A stretch of DNA of 58,025 nt, from the NCBI GenBank assembly GCA_013151055.1, contig JAADIZ010000110.1, positions 1 through 58,025 on the forward strand. The letters are read 5' to 3'. The notes under the pieces were generated by a model, which saw only the letters and a list, made by a program, of their open reading frames with translations, was not told the origin of the DNA and did not search any database. Both the position numbers and the translations under genes were made by a program. Of the stretch, positions 43,101-52,303 are shown piece by piece; within the stretch, counting starts at the first letter, position 1, and each line of letters begins with the position of its first letter. Origin of the DNA: Campylobacterota bacterium. Lineage in GTDB: Bacteria > Campylobacterota > Campylobacteria > Campylobacterales > Sulfurospirillaceae.

Positions 43101-44498
43101 TGGATTTTTTAGCTTCTCTTTTATATATATTTTATATTCATTATCAAGTGCCAGTAGATACCTGATGTTAATCAAAGTTGACTCGGATGAGCCCAAAAAT
43201 AGTATCCCGTGCTCTTTTAATGAATAATGAAAAAGTGAAAATATCTCCTCTTGGGCTTGAGGTTTTATATAAATTAAAAGATTTCTACAACTAATGATAT
43301 CTTGATTTATAAACGGAGGTTCGCTGAGCAAATTATGATGTGTAAATACAATTTGCTCTCTTAATGAGTGTATCACCCTATATCCATCTTTTGTTTTTGT
43401 AAAATATTCATCAATCAAATTTTTATCTAAATTAGATATCGCACTTTTTGAGTAGTTTGCTGACCTAGCAACCTCTAAAGCTTCATCATCAATATCTGTT
43501 GCAAATATATGGACAATAAACTTTTTGTTAAGTTTTTTGCAGATTTCAGATATCAGTATAGCCAAAGAGTATGCCTCTTCACCGCTCGAACATGCTATCG
43601 ACCAAACTCTTAATTTATAATTTTCTGGCTTATCTTTTAAGAATGCTATTAGTTGTTTTTCAAGTGCTTTAAAAGAGTCTTCATCTCTAAAAAACGAAGT
43701 AACACCTATCAAAATATCTTGGTGTAAGAGATGGACTTCTTGCTGATTTGTCTTAATAAAATCGAGATATTTTTCTTGAGTATCTTTTCCTGTCAAGAGC
43801 ATTCTTTTATTTATACGACGCATAATCGTGTCGCTTTTATATTTATTTATATCTAAATTTTCTCGTTTTTTTAGAATCTTTTTAATTGCATCTAATATAT
43901 GAGGTAAAATCATCACTCTTAAATGTTTTTTCTTTAAAATATGTGTTGATAGGTATTTGGCAATCTCTTTTATATTCAAAATTTCGTCAACATCGCCAGT
44001 GGCAATAGCACTTTTTGGCATACTAGGATATTGTGCCTCTTTTGGATTTTGTACTATAATCAAGCCACCATTTTCTTTTATTTTTCTTATGCCAGTTGTA
44101 CCGTCCTTTCCAGAGCCAGTCAAAACTATACCTATACAATTCTTTTTTTTATATGTTGCTAAAGATTCAAATGCAGTATCAATAGATGGTATGGGAATAG
44201 ACGAGGTTAAGGACATTTTCTCTAGTCTTAGATGATGATTATCTAAAACAAGATTATGGTTAGAAGGAATAACATAAATACTGTTTGGCAAAAACTTTGT
44301 ATTTGAGTCTATCTCAATAACTGGGGATACAAAATTGCGAGATAGAATAGTTGCTAAAGAACTTTTCTTATTAGGACTAAGATGTTGAGCAATGATATAT
44401 ATGTAATTCATATCATTAGGAAGTTTATCAACAAGCTCTTCCAAAGCTTTTAGTCCACCAGCACTAGCTCCAATACCAACATAAATCAAATCTTGCAT
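40161..44498 (-). CDS. CheB-CheR fusion with coiled coil, multiple PAS domains and histidine kinase
   Basis: GASAGG/QH/GSGKDG CheB triad, IGVTSFFRD, ACSSGEEAYS, ISCRNLLIY, NEELQSS repeats, PAS domains, IAHQWRQPL, DNGGG, GTGLG. Confidence 0.93.
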   Translation of the reverse strand: MQDLIYVGIGASAGGLKALEELVDKLPNDMNYIYIIAQHLSPNKKSSLATILSRNFVSPVIEIDSNTKFLPNSIYVIPSNHNLVLDNHHLRLEKMSLTSSIPIPSIDTAFESLATYKKKNCIGIVLTGSGKDGTTGIRKIKENGGLIIVQNPKEAQYPSMPKSAIATGDVDEILNIKEIAKYLSTHILKKKHLRVMILPHILDAIKKILKKRENLDINKYKSDTIMRRINKRMLLTGKDTQEKYLDFIKTNQQEVHLLHQDILIGVTSFFRDEDSFKALEKQLIAFLKDKPENYKLRVWSIACSSGEEAYSLAILISEICKKLNKKFIVHIFATDIDDEALEVARSANYSKSAISNLDKNLIDEYFTKTKDGYRVIHSLREQIVFTHHNLLSEPPFINQDIISCRNLLIYIKPQAQEEIFSLFHYSLKEHGILFLGSSESTLINIRYLLALDNEYKIYIKEKLKNPPKISNHYFSKHLELNDRAKPIKLDKTQTVNIEEQISKKIFDFFAPECVLIDKDYSIIYKKGELPFIHLSSGFVTLNILDNIDEILRYDIMILLTKAFNSGKIEKTKFIEINSQTDVAFVRIVAHPFKDISQNTLLLLYFQKLSAAELEFNSNNVLLPDESFMIQTLTTQLQEIKKQNSQLLDKMYISRENMQLLNEELQSSNEELQSSNEELETSNEELQSSNEELQRSMFATRKLEQHLSLILNSTFDGMIGLDIEGNLVFVNDVAAKMLGFLREDVLGKDVHQLLHQTKFEGKHEHLKECPQHTALINGISQRKEDLYWRKNGTSFEVEVSQNPIIENKKITGAVLVFHDITEKNRLKKIAQHEHQLADLFMNIDGTIIMTLDLSGNITMLNEEGCRLLGVEHDWVIGKSFIGNFIPKEIQDEVKNVFNKVVNEDMQIVSHYKNAIVDASGKTHLISWTNNYTKDESGKITGLITSGIDITSEEELLKKLAQEENLYKLTFEEADIGIAHASLDRKWIDANEYLCNLLGYTKEEFKHLSVAEITHLDDIQNDKKMIKELLCGKRENYHIEKRYIRKNGGIVWVNIAVVILKNEMGKPLYFLKIIRDVTELKLLVYQLENEKNKLKNIIEFIPTPILLYDEDGKVLIANKILKESIGYTKEEILDTDFLVENICKEEERKSLRAFFAKPFKTNKVEQKRQTVYSKAGKRRVGIFNSILLKNPHENNKKVVISVMVDITELQNKEDIMLAQSRQAAMGDMLTMIAHQWRQPLSIISMVSNNIHAQLELQGKIKAKDIKEYIKTLDEQSSYLSDTIDDFRNFFKPDIVKETISFNSIFEKILTLLQKSLQNNDIPLILPKNGDIKIFTYPNQLIQVIINIINNSKDAIKEKNNEHGVITVSIDENKQNVVLKICDNGGGIDPSVKDKLGQPYVSTKSKNGTGLGIYMSMIIVSKHLGGRLYWDSNDGNTCFYIELPKKVS
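42421..42519 (-). repeat. 21-bp coding tandem repeat (NEELQSS heptads)
   Basis: NEELQSS-NEELQSS-NEELETS-NEELQSS-NEELQ inside the CheBR coiled coil. Confidence 0.85.
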
Positions 44499-44553
44499 AT
44501 AATGTCCTTATGTAAAACAAGAACATTATACACTATTTTATATTTATTATCAC

Positions 44554-44670
44554 CTAGCCTTACTCACTATATGGGCAAAGCCCATATAGTGGCAGGGACA
44601 AGGAAGTCCCTACAACCCCCTGAAGCTACGAAAAGCAGGACTTTTCGAGAAAAAAAGTTTGTAAGGTCAG
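44554..44670. mobile_element. MITE-like element, copy 3 (117 bp, most diverged)
   Basis: CTAGCCTTAC...GTAAGGTCAG ends; flanks TTATCAC/TTATTAC (7-bp TSD, 1 mismatch); perfect 12-bp hairpin CACTATATGGGC-AAA-GCCCATATAGTG. Confidence 0.82.
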
Positions 44671-44680
44671 TTATTACTTC

Positions 44681-46861
44681 TTAGATTTCTAATTTAGCAA
44701 ATTTTAATCTTAATGAATTTAGAACAACACTAACAGAGCTAAAACTCATAGCAATTCCTGCATAAACAGGAGTTAGCATAATTCCAAATACAGGGTACAA
44801 AACACCAGCAGCTATCGGAATGCCAATTGAGTTATAGAAAAATGCCCAAAAAAGATTTTGTTTTATCGTATTCATGGCTCTTTTGGATAAATTTATACTT
44901 TTTAAAACAGAAATTATTTCATTGTTCATGAGTATAATATCTCCTGCATCTTTTGTTATGTCTGAACCAGAATTTAATGCAATACCGATGTCTGCTTGTT
45001 TGATAGAGACTGAATCATTTATACCATCTCCAACAAAAAGAACTTTCGCCTTTTTTTGCAAATCAAGTATAACCTTGTATTTTTCATCTGGCAAAACTCC
45101 AGCATAAACAAGTTCAATCCCAACTTCACTCGCAATTTTTTTAGCAGTTATTTCATTATCACCAGTCAAAAGGATAGGCACAATATCCTTCTTTTTGAGG
45201 CTTTGTATAAGTTGTGCTGCACCATCTTTTAGACTATCCTCAAGTGCAATAACTCCTATACATCTATCTCCTACACTTGCAAAAACAGCACCATTTCCCG
45301 CATTTACAGTTTTTTCAAAAAAGTCCATATACCTTTTTGTTATGCCCACTTTGTTGTTTTCTAAAAGAGTTAAATTTCCTATAAGAATTTGCTCATTATT
45401 GTTTTTTGCACTTACGCCAAATCCAGGTAGTATCTGTATATCTTCAATTTTTTGAGCACAAGCAACCCCTCTTTCTTTTATATATTGGGTTATAGCTTTT
45501 GATATAGGATGCTCACTATAACTCTCAACTGAACCTAAAACCTCTAAATAATCATCTTCAATCAACATCTCTTTAACAGAAATTTCACCCTTTGTTATAG
45601 TGCCTGTTTTATCAAATACAGCATACTTTATATCTTTTATAATCTCCAAAACTTCAGGGTTTTTTATCAAAATTCCCTCTTTAGCACCTTTACCAACCGC
45701 ACTAACTATTGCTATGGGAGTTGCAAGTCCAAGGGCACAAGGACATGAAATGATAAGAACTGAGATAGAAGCCAATATAGCACTAAGTGCATCACCTACA
45801 AAAAAGTACCATACAAAAAATGTTAAAATTGAGATAAGTATGACGATTGGCACAAATACATTTGCAACCTTATCAGCAAATCTAGCTATTGGCATACTTT
45901 TACTTTGAGCTTCATTTAGTAGAGCTATTATTTTTGAAAGCGTAGTGTCATTTGCTAACTTTGTTACTTTTACCTTTATAAGTCCCGCTGTATTTATAGT
46001 TCCAGCTATCACATCATCGCCTACGGTTTTATATGAAGGAAGAGATTCACCTGTTATCATAGATGTATCAATCTCTGCTCCGCCTTCAAAAATCACACCA
46101 TCTGCTGAAATTTTCTCTCCTTGTTTTACAAGAACAGTATCATCTATATTTAACTCTTTTGCAAGTATCTGAGTAATAGTTCCATCTTTTTGGATTTTTT
46201 GGGCATTTAAGGGGGCTAAGTTCATCAAATTTTTTAAAAAATCAGTAGCTTTTGCTTTGCTTCTCTCCTCGAGTAAACGACCCAAAAGTATAAATGTTAT
46301 AATTACACTAGCACCATCAAAATATATAAACCTCAAATGCTGTGGAAATAGGGCAGGAAAAAGAACAACAAAAGCAGAGTAAAAATAAGCCGCACTAGTT
46401 CCAAGTGCCACCAAAACATTCATATCAAAGTTTTTATGACTTATAGCTTTAAATGCAAGTGAATAAAATCTTCCACCAGGGTAAAATTGAACTATTGTTC
46501 CAAGGGCGAACATTATGTATAAATTTCTATTTTCTACAGGAAAAAATAGAAAATAGAAAATACTTACACTAAGAGTTAAAGCAATTACAAAAAGTCTTCT
46601 TAGCTTATAATATGCTTTTTTCTTCGCAATTTCAAGTGCCTTTATATCTTCTTCTACACCATATCCTAGTGTTTTAATTTTTTTAATAAGTCTATTTTTA
46701 TCTAGTTTGTCCAAATCTATAACAAAATCTCCACTATTGGAGGCAAAATTTACTTTTGAACTCTCCAATCCATCTAGTTTATTTACGACTTTTTGTATAC
46801 CGTTTGAGCAATTTACACAAGTCATGCCTGAAATATTCAAGCTTATTTTTTCTTTTGACAT
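44681..46861 (-). CDS. copA: Heavy-metal P1B-type ATPase with Cu(I) signature
   Basis: GMTCVNC HMA domain, TGES, CPCALGLATP, DKTGT, HP, GDGIND, YN and MSFSS transmembrane ligands. Confidence 0.9.
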   Translation of the reverse strand: MSKEKISLNISGMTCVNCSNGIQKVVNKLDGLESSKVNFASNSGDFVIDLDKLDKNRLIKKIKTLGYGVEEDIKALEIAKKKAYYKLRRLFVIALTLSVSIFYFLFFPVENRNLYIMFALGTIVQFYPGGRFYSLAFKAISHKNFDMNVLVALGTSAAYFYSAFVVLFPALFPQHLRFIYFDGASVIITFILLGRLLEERSKAKATDFLKNLMNLAPLNAQKIQKDGTITQILAKELNIDDTVLVKQGEKISADGVIFEGGAEIDTSMITGESLPSYKTVGDDVIAGTINTAGLIKVKVTKLANDTTLSKIIALLNEAQSKSMPIARFADKVANVFVPIVILISILTFFVWYFFVGDALSAILASISVLIISCPCALGLATPIAIVSAVGKGAKEGILIKNPEVLEIIKDIKYAVFDKTGTITKGEISVKEMLIEDDYLEVLGSVESYSEHPISKAITQYIKERGVACAQKIEDIQILPGFGVSAKNNNEQILIGNLTLLENNKVGITKRYMDFFEKTVNAGNGAVFASVGDRCIGVIALEDSLKDGAAQLIQSLKKKDIVPILLTGDNEITAKKIASEVGIELVYAGVLPDEKYKVILDLQKKAKVLFVGDGINDSVSIKQADIGIALNSGSDITKDAGDIILMNNEIISVLKSINLSKRAMNTIKQNLFWAFFYNSIGIPIAAGVLYPVFGIMLTPVYAGIAMSFSSVSVVLNSLRLKFAKLEI

Positions 46862-46862
46862 T

Positions 46863-47255
46863 TTAATCTTCTTTTATTTTTTGAAGAGTTGCTTGCAATA
46901 TCTGCTTAACTTCTTCGTTAACAATCCTATAAAAGGACATCTTTTTATCTTTAGTAAAATCTACTATCTCATATCGTCTTAAAATTCTAAACTGGTGTGA
47001 AACATGTGATTGAGAGATACCAAGTAAATTTGACATCTCTCCGACACATATCTCATAATCAAGTAGAGCAAATAACATTTTTACCCTAATTGGGTCACTG
47101 AGTGCCTTGCAAATGGAAGTTAGTTTTATGATTTTATCGGCTTTAGGCAAAGATTGATTGATAGTATCTATATAACTAACTCCTTCACAACATGAGCGAG
47201 TTAATCTATTTTTATTGCTTAGATTACTATTCGACGACACTGTATCCAAGCTCAT
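46863..47255 (-). CDS. ArsR/SmtB-family metal-sensing repressor
   Basis: KALSDPIRVKML, EICVGEM, SQSHVSHQFRILR; N-terminal CC; exact start uncertain. Confidence 0.88.
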   Translation of the reverse strand: MSLDTVSSNSNLSNKNRLTRSCCEGVSYIDTINQSLPKADKIIKLTSICKALSDPIRVKMLFALLDYEICVGEMSNLLGISQSHVSHQFRILRRYEIVDFTKDKKMSFYRIVNEEVKQILQATLQKIKED

Positions 47256-47430
47256 TCATCTCTTCTTTAAATTTTTTCTCTGATGATTCATCGGCAATCT
47301 CAACTGTAACCTCTCTTGGTTTTACATCAAGATTTACAACAATTTCACCAAAATCATCCTCAAGAGATCCCTTGATAAGGTTGGCACAATTCATGCAACT
47401 AATATTGTTTGCTTTAAATATTTTTTTCAT
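47227..47430 (-). CDS. copZ: HMA-domain metal chaperone (CopZ-like)
   Basis: 67 aa, ISCMNC, ELGY. Confidence 0.85.
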   Translation of the reverse strand: MKKIFKANNISCMNCANLIKGSLEDDFGEIVVNLDVKPREVTVEIADESSEKKFKEEMNELGYSVVE

Positions 47431-47442
47431 TTTACATATCCT

Positions 47443-47466
47443 TCATATGATAATTTATTCATATGA
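47443..47466. promoter_or_regulatory. ArsR/SmtB-type operator
   Basis: TCATATGA-N8-TCATATGA giving a TGA-N8-TCA inverted core, over the predicted transcription start of copZ-arsR-copA. Confidence 0.75.
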
Positions 47467-47468
47467 GA

Positions 47469-47497
47469 ATTCTATCATATATAAATTAACTTGTCAA
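47469..47497 (-). promoter_or_regulatory. Sigma70 promoter of copZ-arsR-copA
   Basis: Minus strand TTGACA-N17-TAGAAT with extended TGn. Confidence 0.78.
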
Positions 47498-47557
47498 GTT
47501 ATTTAATATATAGTACAATAAAAGCTAATACGTGTTCTTGGATCAAAGGAAAATGAT

Positions 47558-48952
47558 ATGGTAAAAACTAGAATCGAAAAAGACACAATGGGTGAGGTTG
47601 AAGTTCCAATTAATGCATACTGGGGAGCACAGACACAGCGTTCATTGCAAAATTTTAAAATTGGTGAAGAGAAAATGCCTCATGAAATCATTTGTGCATT
47701 TTTTTATCTAAAAAAAGCTGTCGCGTTAGTAAATAAAGATTTAGGTGAGCTAGACGAAAAAAGAGCGAATGCGATAGTTTTGGCTGCTGATGACGCACTA
47801 GCTGGCAGGTTGGATAGGAATTATCCACTTTCTGTATGGCAAACAGGCTCAGGAACACAAACAAACATGAATATCAATGAAGTACTTGCAAATCGTGCAA
47901 CCAAGCTTCTTGGCGGAGATTTTAGAGTAGAAAAACTGGTTCACCCTAATGATGATGTAAATAAATCTCAATCTTCAAATGATACTTATCCAACCGCTCT
48001 ACATGTAGCGGCAATAATAGCACTTGAAGACAAGCTATTGCCAGCCATCGCTAAGCTAAGAGATACTTTGCACGAAAAAAGTATAGCATTTAAAGATATA
48101 GTAAAAATTGGTCGCACACACTTGCAAGATGCTACACCTCTAACACTATGTCAAGAGATAAGCGGATGGGTCGAGATGTTAGACAAGTCTTATAAAATGG
48201 TTAAAATTTCGCTTAACCCTATAAGAGAGTTAGCCCTTGGAGGAACAGCAGTTGGAACAGGGCTTAATGCTCCTGCACAATTAGGTGAAATGGTTGCAAA
48301 AAAATTAAGTGAGCTTACTAGGCATAAATTTATAACTGCTCCAAATAAATTTTATGCTTTGACTTCGCATGATGGACTTGTTTTTGTTCATGGTGCACTC
48401 AAGGCACTATCAGCTGATATGATGAAAATAGCAAATGATGTAAGATGGTTAGCAAGCGGACCTCGTTGTGGATTGGGTGAAATAGAAATCCCTGCAAATG
48501 AACCAGGTAGTTCCATAATGCCGGGTAAAGTAAATCCAACTCAATGTGAAGCAGTTACTATGGTAACTTGTCAAATTATGGGTAATGACACAACTATAGG
48601 CATAGCTGCGAGTCAAGGCAATTTTGAATTAAATGTATTTAAGCCAGTGATCGCGTATAATTTTTTACAATCGGTCAGACTTTTAAGCGACTCTATAGTC
48701 TCGTTCAATGACAATGCAGCAGTTGGCATAGAGCCTGTAAAATCCAAGATAGATTACTACCTGCACAACTCTTTGATGTTAGTAACTGCCTTAAATCCAC
48801 ACATTGGATATGAAAATTCTGCCAAAATTGCAAAAATGGCATATAAAAACAACCTTACTCTCAAAGAAGCAGCTATGAAACTAAATCTTTTAACGACTGA
48901 AGAGTTTGATAAGTATGTCAAACCAGAAGACATGGTGCACCCTCAAAAATAA
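47558..48952 (+). CDS. fumC: Class II fumarate hydratase
   Basis: [44 protein letters not shown]. Confidence 0.96.
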   Translation: MVKTRIEKDTMGEVEVPINAYWGAQTQRSLQNFKIGEEKMPHEIICAFFYLKKAVALVNKDLGELDEKRANAIVLAADDALAGRLDRNYPLSVWQTGSGTQTNMNINEVLANRATKLLGGDFRVEKLVHPNDDVNKSQSSNDTYPTALHVAAIIALEDKLLPAIAKLRDTLHEKSIAFKDIVKIGRTHLQDATPLTLCQEISGWVEMLDKSYKMVKISLNPIRELALGGTAVGTGLNAPAQLGEMVAKKLSELTRHKFITAPNKFYALTSHDGLVFVHGALKALSADMMKIANDVRWLASGPRCGLGEIEIPANEPGSSIMPGKVNPTQCEAVTMVTCQIMGNDTTIGIAASQGNFELNVFKPVIAYNFLQSVRLLSDSIVSFNDNAAVGIEPVKSKIDYYLHNSLMLVTALNPHIGYENSAKIAKMAYKNNLTLKEAAMKLNLLTTEEFDKYVKPEDMVHPQK

Positions 48953-48961
48953 TTAACTTTT

Positions 48962-48993
48962 TTCATATTCAATTCATTTTCACCTATTATAAT
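48962..48993 (+). promoter_or_regulatory. Putative response-regulator direct repeat plus -10 box
   Basis: TTCATATTCAA/TTCATTTTCAC tandem 11-bp repeat just upstream of TATAAT (48988). Confidence 0.45.
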
Positions 48994-49022
48994 TCTCTAA
49001 ATTTTTAGAGGATTATAATAGG

Positions 49023-49580
49023 ATGAACAGAGAAATTTTCTTGTGGATAAATTCATTTGCTGCCCGAAACAGTATCTTAGATTTTTTCGGTTTTGCCATG
49101 GCTCAAGATATGGTTTATGTTTTTATTTTGATAGAATTTTATATATATTTTGTCTCAAAAAAAAGGGATGAAGCTATCTTTGCATTTGAGAGTATGGTTT
49201 TGGGAGTTGTACTAAATCAAATCATCTCTTTATTTTACTTTCATAACCGTCCATTTATGGATGGTTTGGGGCATACGATTTTACATCACAATCCTGATAA
49301 CTCCTTTCCATCAGACCATACTACTTTCATGATGGCTATCGCCATCAGTCTGTTTTTGCAAAAAGATACAAAAACATGGGGTGTTTGGCTCTTTGTTTTA
49401 GCTTTTATCGGAGGATTTTCTCGTGTTTTTGTTGGAGTTCACTATCCATTTGATATAATAGGCTCTATCTTCACAGGAGCTCTTGGAGCTTTTTTAGTTT
49501 TTACCCAGCAAAAAAGACTACAGAAGATAAATAATTTGATTTATAAAATCGAAAATAGGATTTTTAAAAGGCAAACTTAA
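49023..49580 (+). CDS. PAP2-family undecaprenyl-diphosphatase (BcrC-like)
   Basis: RPF, SFPSDH, SRVFVGVHYPFDI. Confidence 0.88.
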   Translation: MNREIFLWINSFAARNSILDFFGFAMAQDMVYVFILIEFYIYFVSKKRDEAIFAFESMVLGVVLNQIISLFYFHNRPFMDGLGHTILHHNPDNSFPSDHTTFMMAIAISLFLQKDTKTWGVWLFVLAFIGGFSRVFVGVHYPFDIIGSIFTGALGAFLVFTQQKRLQKINNLIYKIENRIFKRQT

Positions 49581-49582
49581 AC

Positions 49583-50239
49583 ATGAAAATTTTAATCATA
49601 GAAGACGATGAAAATATCTTATCTCTTTTAAAAAGAGGTTTTGGTGAATACGACTACATTGTAGAGACTGCGGACAACGGAGAAGATGGAAAATATTTAG
49701 CTACTCTAAACAGCTACGATGTTATCCTTTTAGACTGGATGTTACCTGAATGTAGCGGTATAGACATACTAAAGGACTTGAGAGAAAAAGAGATAAAAAC
49801 ACCTATCATCATGCTAACAGCAAAAGGCGAAATTAACGATAAAGTTTTGGGGCTGAGCAGTGGTGCTGATGATTATCTCTCTAAACCATTTAGCTTCAAA
49901 GAGTTAAAAGCAAGGGTTGAGGCTCTGTATAGAAGATCTGTAGCGAGTGGTGGGAACAGCATAAAGATACGAGATGTAACCATAGATATAGATGCTAAAA
50001 CCATCAAAAAAGACAAAGAAGAGATAGAATTAAGCCTAAAAGAGTATGAACTTCTGTTGTTTTTAATAAAACACAAAAACTTTTTAGTCTCAAATGCTAT
50101 GATAGAAGAGCAACTCTGGGGAGAAGAGGAGTATATAAATAGCAATGTCATAGCGGTAACTATCTATCACCTCAGGAAGAAAATCGGAAAAGATTTTATA
50201 AAAAGTTTTAGAGGGTTAGGATATAAGGTTGAAATTTAA
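49583..50239 (+). CDS. OmpR-family response regulator
   Basis: EDD, LDWMLP, MLTAKG, GADDYLSKPF, RGLGY. Confidence 0.93.
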   Translation: MKILIIEDDENILSLLKRGFGEYDYIVETADNGEDGKYLATLNSYDVILLDWMLPECSGIDILKDLREKEIKTPIIMLTAKGEINDKVLGLSSGADDYLSKPFSFKELKARVEALYRRSVASGGNSIKIRDVTIDIDAKTIKKDKEEIELSLKEYELLLFLIKHKNFLVSNAMIEEQLWGEEEYINSNVIAVTIYHLRKKIGKDFIKSFRGLGYKVEI

Positions 50240-51542
50240 AAGCATAAAAACAAAGATTTTGATTTGGTTTGGAGCGGTAACATTTACGATACTTTTTGTT
50301 TTCAGCGGTGCTTTTTATTATTTTTTTAACAAAAGTGTAAACACGTCCATAGAGTCTAGACTCTACAAACAAGCTGCTTTTGTAAAAAACAGGCTGTCTT
50401 CTGGCGCTAACATAAACAAAATAGCAAGGGAACATCTTATATCAACTTTTGATTTAGCTATCATTAAAGATGGTAAAGTTTTAAATAAAACAAAAAACTT
50501 TGATTTAAATGTACTGAAAAACAAAAAAACATTCTTTATCGTAGATTATGGAGAGTATCTAAGTGCGATATACAGGTTAGATTTTAAGACTCCTTTTGCA
50601 GGTCAGGTTGTATTGATACAACAAAATATTGATGACAAAGTGGAAGATTTGGCTGATACGATGCTATGGCTTGATCCGATACTGCTGATACTGCTCATAT
50701 TTATCGCCAATAAACTGATAGATAAAATTTTATTTCCGATAAAAAGCATAACCAAAATCGCAAACGAGATTACAATAAACAGTCTTTTTTCAACCATATA
50801 TGAACCAAAAGAGAATGATGAATTAAGGGAGTTGGTAGCCTCTTTCAATGCTATGATAAAGAGGCTGGAAAACGGAGTAAAAAAGATAGAGAGATTTAAT
50901 AACGATGTTTCTCACGAACTAAAAACTCCACTTACCGTCATAAGAGGCGAAGCAGAGATAACCCTCCATAAACCAAGAGAACCAAAAGAGTATATAAGCT
51001 GTATAAAAACCATAGAAAAAGAGGCTACTCAAATCCAAAAAATTGTAGATGGATTGCTGCTTCTTGCAAGATACTCAAAAACAAATATAAAAGACTCTTT
51101 TGAATTTTGCAATATAGACACTATTCTTTTGAATATAGTAAAAAAGTACAATCACTCTCTAACAATAAAAAATCTATCTTTGAAAATCAAAAAAATTGAG
51201 GTGATATCCACAAAAGCAAATCCTCTTTTGATAGAGACTATATTTTCAAACCTCATAGACAATGCCATAAAATACACCCCAAAAGAAAAAAACATATACA
51301 TATCTCTCTACAAAAATAATAAAATCCATTTTCTCATAGAGGATGAAGGTATAGGGATTTCAAAAGATAAACTACCATTTATAACAGACAGGTTTTACAG
51401 AGCAGATGAATCAAGAAACAGAAAGATAAAAGGTTTTGGGCTAGGGCTTAGTATCGTCAAAAACTCAGTTGAACTCCATAATGGAAAACTGTTCATAGAG
51501 TCGGAAGATGGTGTAGGAACAAAAATTGAGGTGATTTTATAA
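50229..51542 (+). CDS. HAMP-containing sensor histidine kinase (CusS/ArlS-like)
   Basis: Two TM helices, HAMP (DELRELVASFNAMI), VSHELKTPL, NLIDNAIKY, DEGIG, GFGLGLS. Confidence 0.92.
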   Translation: MKFKSIKTKILIWFGAVTFTILFVFSGAFYYFFNKSVNTSIESRLYKQAAFVKNRLSSGANINKIAREHLISTFDLAIIKDGKVLNKTKNFDLNVLKNKKTFFIVDYGEYLSAIYRLDFKTPFAGQVVLIQQNIDDKVEDLADTMLWLDPILLILLIFIANKLIDKILFPIKSITKIANEITINSLFSTIYEPKENDELRELVASFNAMIKRLENGVKKIERFNNDVSHELKTPLTVIRGEAEITLHKPREPKEYISCIKTIEKEATQIQKIVDGLLLLARYSKTNIKDSFEFCNIDTILLNIVKKYNHSLTIKNLSLKIKKIEVISTKANPLLIETIFSNLIDNAIKYTPKEKNIYISLYKNNKIHFLIEDEGIGISKDKLPFITDRFYRADESRNRKIKGFGLGLSIVKNSVELHNGKLFIESEDGVGTKIEVIL

Positions 51543-51582
51543 TTAAAAGAAACATTATATGTACCTCAGCGAAAGAGTTTAA

Positions 51583-52299
51583 TTACTTAAAAAATTCTAA
51601 TGCTCTTTGTAAATCATCTTTAGTGTCTATACCGAAGCTTTTACTTTCTACTTTAATCATGGCTACTTTTTTACTGTGATATATGGCTCGTAATTGTTCT
51701 AATTTTTCTATATTTTCCAAGGGTGCAGTTGGGAGGGAACAAAAATCTTTAAGTGATTTTTTAGTGAAGCCATATAAGCCTAAATGCCCAAAATATCCAT
51801 AAAATTCTTCTCTGTCATAAGGGATTTTACTTCTTGAAAAATATATCGCATAACCATTTGCATCTATGATGACTTTTACGCAATTTGGATCAATTGCTTC
51901 GCTGTTTTGTATCGTTTTATAGCAACTTGCCATCATTAAATCTTCATTTTTTTCAATGCCTTGTTTTACTCGATTTATCAATGCTTCAACGACTTTTGGC
52001 TCTATAAAAGGCTCGTCTGCTTGGACATTTACTATGATTTCATCATCGTTTAAATCCAACTTTGATACAGCTTCATTTATTCTGTCGGTTCCGCTTTTAT
52101 GTTTGTCACTTGTCATGATAGCTTTGTAGCCATAATCATTTGCGATATTTATAATTTCTTGCGAATCTGTGGCGATTATGACATCATCCAAAGACGAGAC
52201 TGCTTTAGCGGTTGCTATAACCATCGGGAAGCCATTTATATTTGCCAATACTTTATTTGGAAATCTGTTTGATGCAATTCTAGCAGGTATAAGTATCAC
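51583..52299 (-). CDS. kdsB: 3-deoxy-manno-octulosonate cytidylyltransferase
   Basis: IPARIASNRFPNK, SGTDRI, NVQADEP, YFSR, EKLEQLRA. Confidence 0.95.
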   Translation of the reverse strand: MILIPARIASNRFPNKVLANINGFPMVIATAKAVSSLDDVIIATDSQEIINIANDYGYKAIMTSDKHKSGTDRINEAVSKLDLNDDEIIVNVQADEPFIEPKVVEALINRVKQGIEKNEDLMMASCYKTIQNSEAIDPNCVKVIIDANGYAIYFSRSKIPYDREEFYGYFGHLGLYGFTKKSLKDFCSLPTAPLENIEKLEQLRAIYHSKKVAMIKVESKSFGIDTKDDLQRALEFFK

Positions 52300-52303
52300 T
52301 AAT

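Noticed and set aside
44493-44684. 63-aa ORF between cheBR and copA
   Set aside because: Chance frame through MITE copy 3; not a transposase remnant that I can recognise.
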